A DNA stretch of 64,000 nucleotides from Clostridia bacterium (GCA_017631085.1 JAGBTY010000047.1:5302-69301); one strand, 5' to 3'. Counted from the first letter of the stretch, positions 39,036 through 47,870 are shown. Numbers and translations are program-made. Notes: a model not told the origin generated them from the sequence alone.

Positions 39036-39923
39036 TTACTCGATGTTCTGGATCTGCTCGCGTATCTTTTCTATTTCACACTTAATATTTACAACGTGCT
39101 TGGCGATATCGGAGTTTTGTGCCTTTGAGCCAATAGTGTTCGTTTCTCTGTTAAGTTCCTGAACAAGAAAGTCAAGCTTTCTTCCTGCGGGCTCGTCAGC
39201 GGCAAGTATCTCCTTGAAGCCGTCGAAGTGGGAGCGAAGTCTTACCAGTTCTTCGTCAATGGCGACCTTGTCGGCAAAGATAGCACATTCGGTCAAGATC
39301 CTGTTTTCGTCAAAGACCAATCGGTTGTCCGAGAGCATATCCCTGAGTCTTTTCTCAAGCTTTTCGCGGTAGGTCTCGGTATCCGAACGGGAAATAGTCT
39401 CTATCTCATTGACGGTTTTGCTTATCAGATCTATTTTGCCCAAAAGATCACACTTTATATTTTCGCCCTCGCGTATTCTGCCGGATATAAAGCTGTCGGT
39501 AGCTTTATTAAGCACGACGGAGAGGTCGGCAAAATCCTGCTCAATGTCATCTTCGGGCCTTGCTGTAACGAAAATATCGTGGTTTGCGGCAACTCTTGTG
39601 ATGCTTATGTCATCCTTTAGTCCGAACGTCTCACCGAGCTCCTTGAGAGCGTTTATATAAGCTTCGGCATAGCCCTTATCGATGCTGATATTCGGGGCTT
39701 TTGAGTCTATGACGTCGATGGTTATAAAGACATCGACTTTTCCGCGGGAAATCCCTTTGGACTGAAGGTATGGCTTTATCCTTTCCTCAAGATACGAAAA
39801 AGAGCGGGGAAGCTTTACCGTGCAGTCGAAGAAACGGTTGTTTACCGAACGTATCTCAACGGTAATGTCCTTTCCGCCTACCGTTTCCCTTGCTCTGCCA
39901 AAGGAGGTCATGCTTTTTATCAT
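39036..39923 (-). CDS. yicC: YicC/YloC family endoribonuclease
   Basis: 295 aa. MIKSMTSFGR start; C-terminal ELNRETNTIGSKA motif. Confidence 0.9.
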   Translation of the reverse strand: MIKSMTSFGRARETVGGKDITVEIRSVNNRFFDCTVKLPRSFSYLEERIKPYLQSKGISRGKVDVFITIDVIDSKAPNISIDKGYAEAYINALKELGETFGLKDDISITRVAANHDIFVTARPEDDIEQDFADLSVVLNKATDSFISGRIREGENIKCDLLGKIDLISKTVNEIETISRSDTETYREKLEKRLRDMLSDNRLVFDENRILTECAIFADKVAIDEELVRLRSHFDGFKEILAADEPAGRKLDFLVQELNRETNTIGSKAQNSDIAKHVVNIKCEIEKIREQIQNIE

Positions 39924-40141
39924 TTGATTATCCTTTCGGTATAGATCTTGCTAAAATATATCTATACATAAATATAACATTTTACATAATAATTATAAAT
40001 CTTTTTTTTGCTTTTGTCAACGAATTTTTTGTATTTTGAGTGAATTCATACAATAATATTTAATCTTTTTTGGTATTTTCGTTTAATTTTTGCACGAAAA
40101 ATAAAAAACTTCAAAAAAATCGGAGAATTTTAAAAAAGGAC

Positions 40142-40170
40142 TTGAAATTTGAATGTAAATAGTGTATAAT
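40142..40170 (+). promoter_or_regulatory. Sigma-A type promoter upstream of efp
   Basis: TTGAAA - 17 nt - TATAAT inside a 310 nt AT-rich divergent intergenic region. Confidence 0.6.
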
Positions 40171-40234
40171 AAAACGAATACTATTGACAGCAGAATGTCA
40201 TAAAATCTGATTTTTTTATGGAGGACAATAAATC

Positions 40235-40792
40235 ATGGTAGTAGCAGGCGATTTTAAAAACGGTATTACTTTTGACATGGAGGGAAGCGTTTATCAGGTA
40301 ATCGAATTCCAGCATGTTAAACCCGGTAAGGGTGCGGCTTTCGTACGTACGAAAATAAAGAACGTTATTACGGGAGCTGTTATTGAAAGAACTTTCAGCC
40401 CTACGGACAAGTTTGAGAACGCTTATATCGAAAGAAAGGAAATGCAGTATTCCTACAACGACGGCGATCTTTATTACTTTATGGATATGGAGAGCTTCGA
40501 GATGCTTCCTCTTAACAGCGATAAGCTTCCCGAAAACTTCAAGTTCGTAAAGGAAGAGATGATGTGTAAGATCATTTCCTACAAGGGCAACGTATTCGGA
40601 GTTGAGCCTCCCACATTCGTTGAGCTTGCAGTAACTCAGACCGATCCCGGCTTTGCAGGTAACACCGCAACCAATACCCTTAAGCCCGCAACTCTTGAAA
40701 CAGGTGCGGTAATTAAGGTTCCGCTCTTTATCAACGAGGGCGATGTTCTCAAGATCGATACGAGAACAGGCGAGTATCTCTCCCGTGCGTGA
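40235..40792 (+). CDS. efp: Elongation factor P
   Basis: 185 aa. [19 protein letters not shown] with the conserved loop K. Confidence 0.96.
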   Translation: MVVAGDFKNGITFDMEGSVYQVIEFQHVKPGKGAAFVRTKIKNVITGAVIERTFSPTDKFENAYIERKEMQYSYNDGDLYYFMDMESFEMLPLNSDKLPENFKFVKEEMMCKIISYKGNVFGVEPPTFVELAVTQTDPGFAGNTATNTLKPATLETGAVIKVPLFINEGDVLKIDTRTGEYLSRA

Positions 40793-40828
40793 GATCCTCG
40801 GAATTTATAAACCGAAAGGATAAAAATT

Positions 40829-41293
40829 ATGACACTTAACGAAAAAGCGTCTTATATAAAGGGACTTGCTGACGGCATGGAGCTCGATAAGAGCTCAAAG
40901 GAAGGAAAGGTCATAGCAGCACTTATTGAACTTGTTTCCGAGATGTCCGAGGCAATAAGCTGCCTTGCGGACGACCTTGACGAGCTCAACGATTACATCG
41001 AGGAGATCGACGAGGATCTTGGCAGTGTTGAGGAGGTTATTTGCGACCTTGACGACGAGGATTGCGACTGCGACTGCGATTGTGACGGTTATGATTGTGA
41101 CGGAGATTGCATGAATTGTGACGAGGAATGTGAGCTTGACGACGAGGATTTCTTCGAGGTCGAGTGTCCTTCTTGCGGAGATACAATATGCTTTGACGGA
41201 AGCATCGATCCCGAGGAGCTTGTTTGCCCCTCTTGCGGAGAGAAGTTTGAGTGCCTCGTTTCCGAGGACGACCTCGCGGCTCTCGACGAGTGA
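40829..41293 (+). CDS. Highly acidic Cys-rich protein with a C-terminal zinc ribbon (family seen downstream of efp in Clostridia; name not verified)
   Basis: 154 aa. Helical acidic N-terminus, DCDCDCDCDGYDCDGDCMNCDEEC tract, then CPSCG...CPSCG ribbon. Confidence 0.75.
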   Translation: MTLNEKASYIKGLADGMELDKSSKEGKVIAALIELVSEMSEAISCLADDLDELNDYIEEIDEDLGSVEEVICDLDDEDCDCDCDCDGYDCDGDCMNCDEECELDDEDFFEVECPSCGDTICFDGSIDPEELVCPSCGEKFECLVSEDDLAALDE

Positions 41294-41311
41294 TTAAAAA
41301 CAAATAACGAT

Positions 41312-41343
41312 AGGTCGGCAGGAATACCTGCCGACCTTTTTTG
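41312..41343 (+). terminator. Intrinsic terminator after the efp-linked acidic protein gene
   Basis: AGGTCGGCAGG-AATAC-CTGCCGACCT followed by TTTTTT. Confidence 0.85.
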
Positions 41344-41397
41344 TCTAAGAATGAATTAAAAATGCGGTGGGTATTTTTCTCCAAATCCCCCTATCAC

Positions 41398-41460
41398 TGT
41401 AGGGGACGACATCCTCGGCATCCCGCAAAAACAAAGGGGCAACCGCAAACATACGGCGGG
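41398..41460 (+). repeat. GTAGGGG-type intergenic repeat element, copy 1
   Basis: TGTAGGGGACGACATCCTCGGCATCCCGCAAAAACAAAGGGGCAACCGCAAACATACGGCGGG. Confidence 0.6.
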
Positions 41461-41559
41461 AGTGTAAGAATTTGAAAAAAACTTGACTTCGAGCGAAGCG
41501 AGATATGCATTCTTGCCATTTCGTAAAGCAAAATATTGTCTAAAAAATCATAAAAAAGG

Positions 41560-41588
41560 TTGACATATTCTTTCATGTATGGTACAAT
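41560..41588 (+). promoter_or_regulatory. Near-consensus sigma-A promoter for the paralog pair
   Basis: TTGACA (41560-65), 17 nt spacer, TGgTACAAT (hexamer 41583-88). Confidence 0.7.
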
Positions 41589-41669
41589 TAGACAATTAAA
41601 GCGGACGGTGTGTCTGCTTGTGTCAAAAAAACACAAAACATTTCAGAACGTTGCATTATGGAGGAAATT

Positions 41670-43451
41670 ATGAGCGAAAGAAAAACCGAAGTCTTCGTGA
41701 AAATGGGTGAAGCATTTGGCCCCGCGGAGTACTTTTCCCAATACGCACTTAAGGATAAATGGAGGGTCGTCCCTTTTGAATCCGAATTCGGCGAGGGAAA
41801 TCTTCTCATGTCGGCGGGCGGAAATCCCCCTGACGTAAGCTTCAACCCCGAGCTTACCGGTTGGTACAAGATTTTCATGATCATTCCCGGCGGAAGCCGT
41901 GTCAACATAAAGCTTTCGGGCGACGGAGCTTTTCTCAGGGTAAGCGGCACTTACAACAGCCATCGTACTTTTGAGAAGCTATATTGGAAGAGTGCCGACA
42001 TGACAGGTCAGTCGGTCATCCTTTCCAAGAAGATCGACCTTCCCGAACATAACACCCTTTTCGGTGGACTTATATTCGAGCCCATGACCGATGAAGAGGT
42101 TGACGAGTGGAAGAAGGAGGATGCAAGAGTTGATACCAAGCGTATCTACGCTACCGACGATATGCACAACCGCGTTTACTTCATGAAGCATGAGGATTAC
42201 GAGGACTGGAAGGGAGCAGTTGAGCTGTATTGCCATTCCGATGTTGAGTGGCTTTCTATCGAGGAGCTGAGAACATTTGTTTCCAACAGACTTCCTACAG
42301 ATAATATTGATGATTTCTGCTTCCCCAGAGCGGGAGACAAGCTGGTTCAGCAGCAGTTCCCGAAATTTGATTACGACAAGGTGCTTTCAACGGTAGTCGA
42401 CTACGGACATGAAAAGGGACTCAAAATGAGCGTATCTTACCGTATGGGCGCGTGGGGTGTAAGCTTCCCTTACGACCAGTTCTACTTTGACAGCGATATA
42501 ATGCAGGAGCATCCCGAATGGAGAACATACGACCGTAACGGCGACGAAATATTTGCTCTCTCCTATGCTTACGAGGGCGTTCAGGACTATATAATCGGTG
42601 AGCTTCTCAAGGTAGCCCGTTCCGGCTGTGATGCTGTAACGCTTATCGCTCACAGAGGTATTCCTTACGTTCTCTTCGAGAAGCCCGTGGCAGACAAGTT
42701 CTACGAGCTTTACGGTGAGTATCCTTATGAGCTTCCTCTCGACGAGCCGAGACTCAATAAGCTTCACTGTGACATTATGACGGGATTCTTCCGCCGTGTC
42801 CGTGAGGCACTTGATGCGGAATTCGGTAAGAATAAGATAGAGATACATCTCCGTACACTTTTCTCGGTTCACGACACCAAGGTCATCGCTCTTGATTGCG
42901 AGGAGCTTGCACGCGAGGGACTTATAAACGCTATAATCAGCTTCCCTCAGCGTCATTATGAAAAGCTTGACGGCGATATCTGGCAGGAGGGCAAGGAGTA
43001 CAGAATAGACGTTGATAAGTATACCGCGTGGATCAAAGAAAAAATGAGCGGAATAACCTACCACACAGGAAACTTTGACTGCGAGCCTTCATATGTCAAC
43101 TACGACGGAAAGATCTGCGGTCCTGCGGACCAGAAGGCACGTGTTGCCGAGTGGAATGCCCTTGAGGAAAAATACGGCGTAAAGATATACTACGAAATAA
43201 TGCCTCGCACCATGCCCAACGAAGAATTCAGAAGACGCGCTCTTGACCTTTACGACTGCGGCGCTGAAAGATTTGGGCTCTGGGATACCTACGGACGCGC
43301 TCCTAAGAGAAATATGTGGTCGGTCGCGGGTCACATCGGACACAAGGAAGAGCTTCGTGACTTCGACTATTCGCCTTATAGCTCCGTGCTTCGCGTAGCC
43401 AAGGTCGGAGGTGTTGATGTCAGCCGTTACAATCCCATGTGGGGAGGCTGA
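41670..43451 (+). CDS. Uncharacterised cytoplasmic protein, paralog A of a tandem pair (possible TIM-barrel glycosidase-like fold; weak inference)
   Basis: Start set to ATG 41670, 5 nt after GGAGG (MSERKTEV...). 593 aa, no signal peptide or TM. Aligns end to end with the next gene. Confidence 0.85.
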   Translation: MSERKTEVFVKMGEAFGPAEYFSQYALKDKWRVVPFESEFGEGNLLMSAGGNPPDVSFNPELTGWYKIFMIIPGGSRVNIKLSGDGAFLRVSGTYNSHRTFEKLYWKSADMTGQSVILSKKIDLPEHNTLFGGLIFEPMTDEEVDEWKKEDARVDTKRIYATDDMHNRVYFMKHEDYEDWKGAVELYCHSDVEWLSIEELRTFVSNRLPTDNIDDFCFPRAGDKLVQQQFPKFDYDKVLSTVVDYGHEKGLKMSVSYRMGAWGVSFPYDQFYFDSDIMQEHPEWRTYDRNGDEIFALSYAYEGVQDYIIGELLKVARSGCDAVTLIAHRGIPYVLFEKPVADKFYELYGEYPYELPLDEPRLNKLHCDIMTGFFRRVREALDAEFGKNKIEIHLRTLFSVHDTKVIALDCEELAREGLINAIISFPQRHYEKLDGDIWQEGKEYRIDVDKYTAWIKEKMSGITYHTGNFDCEPSYVNYDGKICGPADQKARVAEWNALEEKYGVKIYYEIMPRTMPNEEFRRRALDLYDCGAERFGLWDTYGRAPKRNMWSVAGHIGHKEELRDFDYSPYSSVLRVAKVGGVDVSRYNPMWGG

Positions 43452-43460
43452 TACCTAAGT

Positions 43461-43488
43461 AATAGGTAATAGGTAATAGGTAATAGTG
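43461..43488 (+). repeat. Tandem heptamer AATAGGT x3 plus a degenerate fourth unit (AATAGTG) between the two paralogs
   Basis: Read directly: aataggt aataggt aataggt aatagtg. Confidence 0.9.
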
Positions 43489-43520
43489 AAGAGTGAATAA
43501 GTAAATAAAGGAGAGAAGAA

Positions 43521-45311
43521 ATGAACTGTAAAGATACAAGAAAGACAAAGATAGTTTTAGACATTGCCGACAGAGTCGAACCTCAGGACGCGCTCTCGCC
43601 ATACGGTGTCAAGAGCAAATGGCGCGTAGTTCCTTACACCAGTGAAGTCGGTGAGGGAAAGATGCTGTCCGCTATCGGAGGAAACCCTGCTGACATCACC
43701 TACAACCCCGGACTCAATGGTTGGTACAAGGTGTACATTTACTTTATCGGATCGTCCTCCCTCAATATAAAGCTGAGCGGAGACAAAGCCTTTATGAGAG
43801 TCAACTCCGCATACGGAGGACAGTTCACCCTTGAGCGTCTGCTCTGGAAGTGTGCTGATATGACCGACCAGTCTATCGTACTTACGAAGAAAATGGACTT
43901 TGAGAACGTTCAGACCTACATCAATGGTTTTGAGTTCGTTCCCATGACCGAGGAAGAGGTTGCAGAGTACAAGTACGAAGAGACAAGAACCGACACGAAG
44001 CGTATCTACGCTACCGACGATATGCACAACAGACTCTATTGCTACAAGTTCAACGATTATTCCGATTGGCTCGGAGCTGTTGAGAACTACGTTCATTCCG
44101 ACGTTGAGTGGGTGTCTGTTGAGCAGATCAGACACTTCGTATCCAAGAGACTTCCTTGCGAAGATCCCGATGATTTCGGCTTCTTCAGACTTGGAGACAG
44201 AAACGTACAGAGACAGTTTCCCATGGTAGACTACGACAAGGTTCTTCACGACGTTGTAGAATACGGACACGAAAAGGGAATGAAGATGAGCGTTTCCTTC
44301 CGTATGGGCGCATGGGGCATGACCTTCCCATATGACCAGTATTATTTCGACTGTGATTTCATGCAGGAGAATCCTCAGTGGAGAACTTTTGACCGTAACG
44401 GTGACGAGATCGCAGCTATGTCCTACGCATATCCCGAGGTTCAGGACTACGTTGTAAGTGAGCTTGTAAACATGGCTCGCTCGGGCTGTGACGCGGTAGC
44501 GCTTATCGCTCACAGAGGTATTCCTTACGTGCTCTTTGAGAAGCCTGTTGCTGACAGATTCTTCGAGCTTTACGGTGAGTATCCTTATGAGCTTCCCTTA
44601 GATGAACCCAGACTCAATAAGCTCCACTGCGATATTATGATCGAGTTCTTCAGAAAAGCAAGAGCGGCACTTGATGCGGAATTCGGTAAGGACAAGGTTA
44701 AGATACATCTTCGTTCCATGTTCTCAAAGTACGATACAAAGGTCATTGCTCTCGATACCGACAGACTTGCCGAAGAGGGACTTATCGATACGATAATCAG
44801 CTATCCTCAGCGTCACTATGAAAAGCTTGACGGCGATATCTGGCAGGAGGGCAAGGAATATCGCATAGATCTTGAAAAATACACCAAGGAAATCGAAAGG
44901 AGAAGTCACGGTCTCACATATCATACCGGTGACGTGGATTTCGAGAAGCCATACACCAACTATCGTGGAGAGCTTTGCGGACCCGAGACACAGAAGGCGA
45001 GAGTCGAGGAATGGATGGAGCTTGAGAAAAAGTATGGTGTTAAGATCTATATTGACATTCTTCCGAGAAGCATGCCTCAGGCAGAATTCAAGAGACGCGC
45101 TCTTGAACTTTACGAGTGCGGAGCTGAACGCTTCTGTCTCTGGGATACCTTCGGCAGAGCGCCTAACAGAGCTATGTGGGCGGCTGCGGGACGAATCGGA
45201 CACAAGGAAGAGCTTGCCGATATGTCATTTGCTGAAGACAGCAAGTGGTTCAGAGTAAGAAAGCTCGGTAGCTCCGACGTCAGCCGTTATCATCCCAACT
45301 GGGGAGGATAA
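43521..45311 (+). CDS. Uncharacterised cytoplasmic protein, paralog B of a tandem pair
   Basis: 596 aa. RBS AAAGGAGAG upstream. Shares long blocks with paralog A (TKRIYATDDMHNR, SGCDAV.LIAHRGIPYVLFEKPVAD, YGEYPYELPLDEPRLNKLHCDIM, QRHYEKLDGDIWQEGKEYRID). Both proteins end in WGG. Confidence 0.88.
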   Translation: MNCKDTRKTKIVLDIADRVEPQDALSPYGVKSKWRVVPYTSEVGEGKMLSAIGGNPADITYNPGLNGWYKVYIYFIGSSSLNIKLSGDKAFMRVNSAYGGQFTLERLLWKCADMTDQSIVLTKKMDFENVQTYINGFEFVPMTEEEVAEYKYEETRTDTKRIYATDDMHNRLYCYKFNDYSDWLGAVENYVHSDVEWVSVEQIRHFVSKRLPCEDPDDFGFFRLGDRNVQRQFPMVDYDKVLHDVVEYGHEKGMKMSVSFRMGAWGMTFPYDQYYFDCDFMQENPQWRTFDRNGDEIAAMSYAYPEVQDYVVSELVNMARSGCDAVALIAHRGIPYVLFEKPVADRFFELYGEYPYELPLDEPRLNKLHCDIMIEFFRKARAALDAEFGKDKVKIHLRSMFSKYDTKVIALDTDRLAEEGLIDTIISYPQRHYEKLDGDIWQEGKEYRIDLEKYTKEIERRSHGLTYHTGDVDFEKPYTNYRGELCGPETQKARVEEWMELEKKYGVKIYIDILPRSMPQAEFKRRALELYECGAERFCLWDTFGRAPNRAMWAAAGRIGHKEELADMSFAEDSKWFRVRKLGSSDVSRYHPNWGG

Positions 45312-45370
45312 TATAAGGTAAAAGGTAAGAGTGTAGAGTTAATAAATAAAAGTTAAAAATTAAAGATTTT

Positions 45371-45401
45371 GAGATATTCCCGTGTTTTGCGGGAGTATCT
45401 C
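45371..45401 (+). terminator. Hairpin downstream of paralog B; weak terminator candidate
   Basis: GAGATATTCCCG-TGTTTTG-CGGGAGTATCTC, 12 bp with one G-U pair. No U-tract. Confidence 0.35.
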
Positions 45402-45431
45402 GAAATTGTCGAAAAAAATTAAAAAAAGCCC

Positions 45432-45460
45432 TTGACAGACGGTGGACAAAGTGGTATAAT
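45432..45460 (+). promoter_or_regulatory. Consensus sigma-A promoter for rpmG-secE-nusG
   Basis: TTGACA (45432-37), 17 nt spacer, TGgTATAAT (hexamer 45455-60). Confidence 0.75.
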
Positions 45461-45609
45461 AGTTCTACCTCTGCGAGTGGGCTTTTTTTGTTGCGCTTCC
45501 ATAGCGCCAAGCCGAAAGGCAGGAAGTGCGGCCGTCGTATGAGGGAGGTACACGGAGCTTGAGGCTTTGCCGATGGCTCAAATAATTTGAAATGGGAGGT
45601 GCCGAAAAA

Positions 45610-45771
45610 ATGGCTAATGATGTAAGAGTCAAGATTACTCTGGTCTGCACTGAATGTAAGCAGAGAAACTACGACACAAAGAAGAACAAGAAGAATGATC
45701 CTGACAGACTTGAGCTTAAGAAGTATTGCAGGTTCTGCCGCAAGCACACTCTTCACAAAGAGTCTAAATAA
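45610..45771 (+). CDS. rpmG: 50S ribosomal protein L33
   Basis: Not in the ORF track (53 aa). Manual translation: [62 protein letters not shown] upstream. Precedes secE-nusG as usual. Confidence 0.9.
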   Translation: MANDVRVKITLVCTECKQRNYDTKKNKKNDPDRLELKKYCRFCRKHTLHKESK

Positions 45772-45783
45772 TTTTGGAGGGAT

Positions 45784-46059
45784 ATGATGGCGGATAAGGA
45801 AAATAAGGTTGTTGAGACCGAAGCAAAAGCCGAAAAGCCTGCTAAGAAAGAAAAGAAACCTAGCAGAATTAAAGAGGCTTGGAGAGGTTTCAAAAGCGAA
45901 ATTAAAAAGATAGTCTGGCCTTCATGGAAGCAGGTACTCAAGAATACAGGAGTAGTACTTGTTATCGTTATTGTTTTTGCAATCGCGATAGCTCTTCTTG
46001 ATTATGCGTTTTCCGGGGGAATCAGAGCGTTGGTAGATCTCGTTCCTAAAGGGGAATAA
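45784..46059 (+). CDS. secE: Preprotein translocase subunit SecE
   Basis: 91 aa. K/E-rich N-terminus, then a single TM (TGVVLVIVIVFAIAIALLDYAF). Sits between rpmG and nusG. The start could be the second ATG at 45787. Confidence 0.85.
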   Translation: MMADKENKVVETEAKAEKPAKKEKKPSRIKEAWRGFKSEIKKIVWPSWKQVLKNTGVVLVIVIVFAIAIALLDYAFSGGIRALVDLVPKGE

Positions 46060-46061
46060 AT

Positions 46062-46598
46062 ATGAGTGATATTAATGAAATGAACGTTGGCCCGAGATGG
46101 TATGTGGCGCACACCTATTCCGGCTATGAAAACAAGGTAAAGGCAAGCCTTGAGAAGATCGTTGAGAACAGAGGACTTGGAGATCTTTTTTTTGACATCA
46201 AGATTCCTGTTGAGACCGTCATTGAGAAAAACGGTGACGTCGAGAAGGAAGTTGAGATGAAACTGTTTCCAAGTTACGTGTTTATCAAAATGGTAATGAC
46301 AGACGAGAGTTGGCACGCAGTAAAGTCGATAACGGGCTTTACGGGATTTGTCGGCCCCGGATCACGTCCTACACCTTTGACCGATGCTGAGGTCGAATCT
46401 CTCAATATAGAGACGAAGAGAGTTGAGCTGGTCGTTAAGGAGGGTGACACCGTTATGATAACCGAGGGACTGTTTGAGGGTTATACAGGAACCGTTCAGT
46501 CCGTATCTGACGATATGAAAAAGATCACGGTACTCGTTAAGCGTGGACGCCGCGACATGCCTGTTGAACTTAACGCAAGCGTCGTAAAGCTTGCATAA
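46062..46598 (+). CDS. nusG: Transcription termination/antitermination factor NusG
   Basis: 178 aa. WYVAHTYSGYENKV NGN domain and KOW motif. Confidence 0.96.
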   Translation: MSDINEMNVGPRWYVAHTYSGYENKVKASLEKIVENRGLGDLFFDIKIPVETVIEKNGDVEKEVEMKLFPSYVFIKMVMTDESWHAVKSITGFTGFVGPGSRPTPLTDAEVESLNIETKRVELVVKEGDTVMITEGLFEGYTGTVQSVSDDMKKITVLVKRGRRDMPVELNASVVKLA

Positions 46599-46682
46599 CA
46601 ACAGCCGAAAGGCTAAAGTGGGAGGGAGAAAAATTCTTTACAATTCTCCCGTATAGTTACCACATTTGGAGGTATTTTAGTT

Positions 46683-47108
46683 ATGGCAAAGAAAGTTATG
46701 GGTTATATCAAGCTGCAGCTGCCCGCTGGTAAGGCAACTCCGCAGCCTCCCGTAGGACCTGCTCTTGGTCAGTACGGTGTTGCAATTCCTGTATTTACAA
46801 AGGAATTCAACGAAAGAACAAAGAACGACATGGGACTTATCATTCCCGTTGTTATTACGGTTTACGCAGACCGTTCCTTCACATTTATTACAAAGACTCC
46901 TCCCGCAGCAGTTCTTATAAAGAAGGCAGCAGGAATCGAGTCCGGCTCTGCAAAGCCTAACAAGACAAAGGTTGCAAAGCTCACCAAGGAACAGGTTCGC
47001 AAGATAGCTGAAACAAAGATGCCCGACCTTAACGCTTCCAGCGTAGAAACCGCTATGAGCATGGTTGCGGGAACAGCACGCAGCATGGGCGTAGTAGTAG
47101 AGGAATAA
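46683..47108 (+). CDS. rplK: 50S ribosomal protein L11
   Basis: 141 aa. [21 protein letters not shown]. Confidence 0.97.
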   Translation: MAKKVMGYIKLQLPAGKATPQPPVGPALGQYGVAIPVFTKEFNERTKNDMGLIIPVVITVYADRSFTFITKTPPAAVLIKKAAGIESGSAKPNKTKVAKLTKEQVRKIAETKMPDLNASSVETAMSMVAGTARSMGVVVEE

Positions 47109-47121
47109 GGAGGGTACGAAA

Positions 47122-47808
47122 ATGGGAAAGAAATATATTGACAGTGCAAAGCTTATAGATAAGAGCAAGGCATATGATCCCTCCGAGGCTCTCGCTCTCG
47201 TATGCGAGACTTCCAAGGCAAAATTTGATGAAACTATCGAAATACACATTCGTCTCGGTGTTGACTCTCGTCACGCTGACCAGCAGGTAAGAGGCGCAGT
47301 TGTTCTTCCCAACGGAACGGGTAAATCTGTAAAGGTTCTCGTATTCGCAAAGGGCGACAACGTTCAGAAGGCTCTCGATGCAGGCGCTGATTACGCAGGC
47401 GGAGCAGAGTATGCAGACAAGATCGTTCAGGAAAACTGGTTTGACTTTGACGTAGTTATCGCTAGCCCCGACATGATGGGTGTTATCGGTAAGCTCGGTA
47501 AGGTTCTCGGTCCTAAGGGACTTATGCCTTCTCCTAAGGCAGGAACCGTTACCCCCGATGTTGCTCGTGCAGTAACAGAGGCAAAGGCAGGTAAGATCGA
47601 ATACCGTCTCGATAAGACAAACATTATCCACTGTCCTATCGGAAAGGCATCCTTCGGAGTTGAGAAGCTCTCTGAGAACTTCAACACTCTTGTTGGTGCA
47701 GTTATCAAGGCAAAGCCTGCGGCAGCTAAAGGTCAGTACATCAAGAGCTGCGTTATCGCAAGCACAATGGGCCCTGGTATCAAGATCAACCAGACAAAGC
47801 TTGGCTAA
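47122..47808 (+). CDS. rplA: 50S ribosomal protein L1
   Basis: 228 aa. [29 protein letters not shown]. Confidence 0.97.
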   Translation: MGKKYIDSAKLIDKSKAYDPSEALALVCETSKAKFDETIEIHIRLGVDSRHADQQVRGAVVLPNGTGKSVKVLVFAKGDNVQKALDAGADYAGGAEYADKIVQENWFDFDVVIASPDMMGVIGKLGKVLGPKGLMPSPKAGTVTPDVARAVTEAKAGKIEYRLDKTNIIHCPIGKASFGVEKLSENFNTLVGAVIKAKPAAAKGQYIKSCVIASTMGPGIKINQTKLG

Positions 47809-47821
47809 TATGTAATTGAAT

Positions 47822-47870
47822 AAAAATGCTGTCTCAAATTTTATTTGAGACGGCATTTTTTCTTTTTTTG
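47822..47870 (+). terminator. Intrinsic terminator after rplA
   Basis: AAAAATGCTGTCTCAAA-TTTTA-TTTGAGACGGCATTTTT, then TCTTTTTTT. Confidence 0.85.

Noticed and set aside
43461-43488. Heptamer tandem repeat as a CRISPR or minisatellite array
   Set aside because: The units are 7 nt with no spacers and there are no cas genes. It is a simple tandem repeat.
43557-44513. 318 aa minus-strand ORF (and 42387-43064, 225 aa)
   Set aside because: Antisense to the paralog pair. The plus-strand frames are mutually conserved between the two copies, which supports the plus strand as coding.
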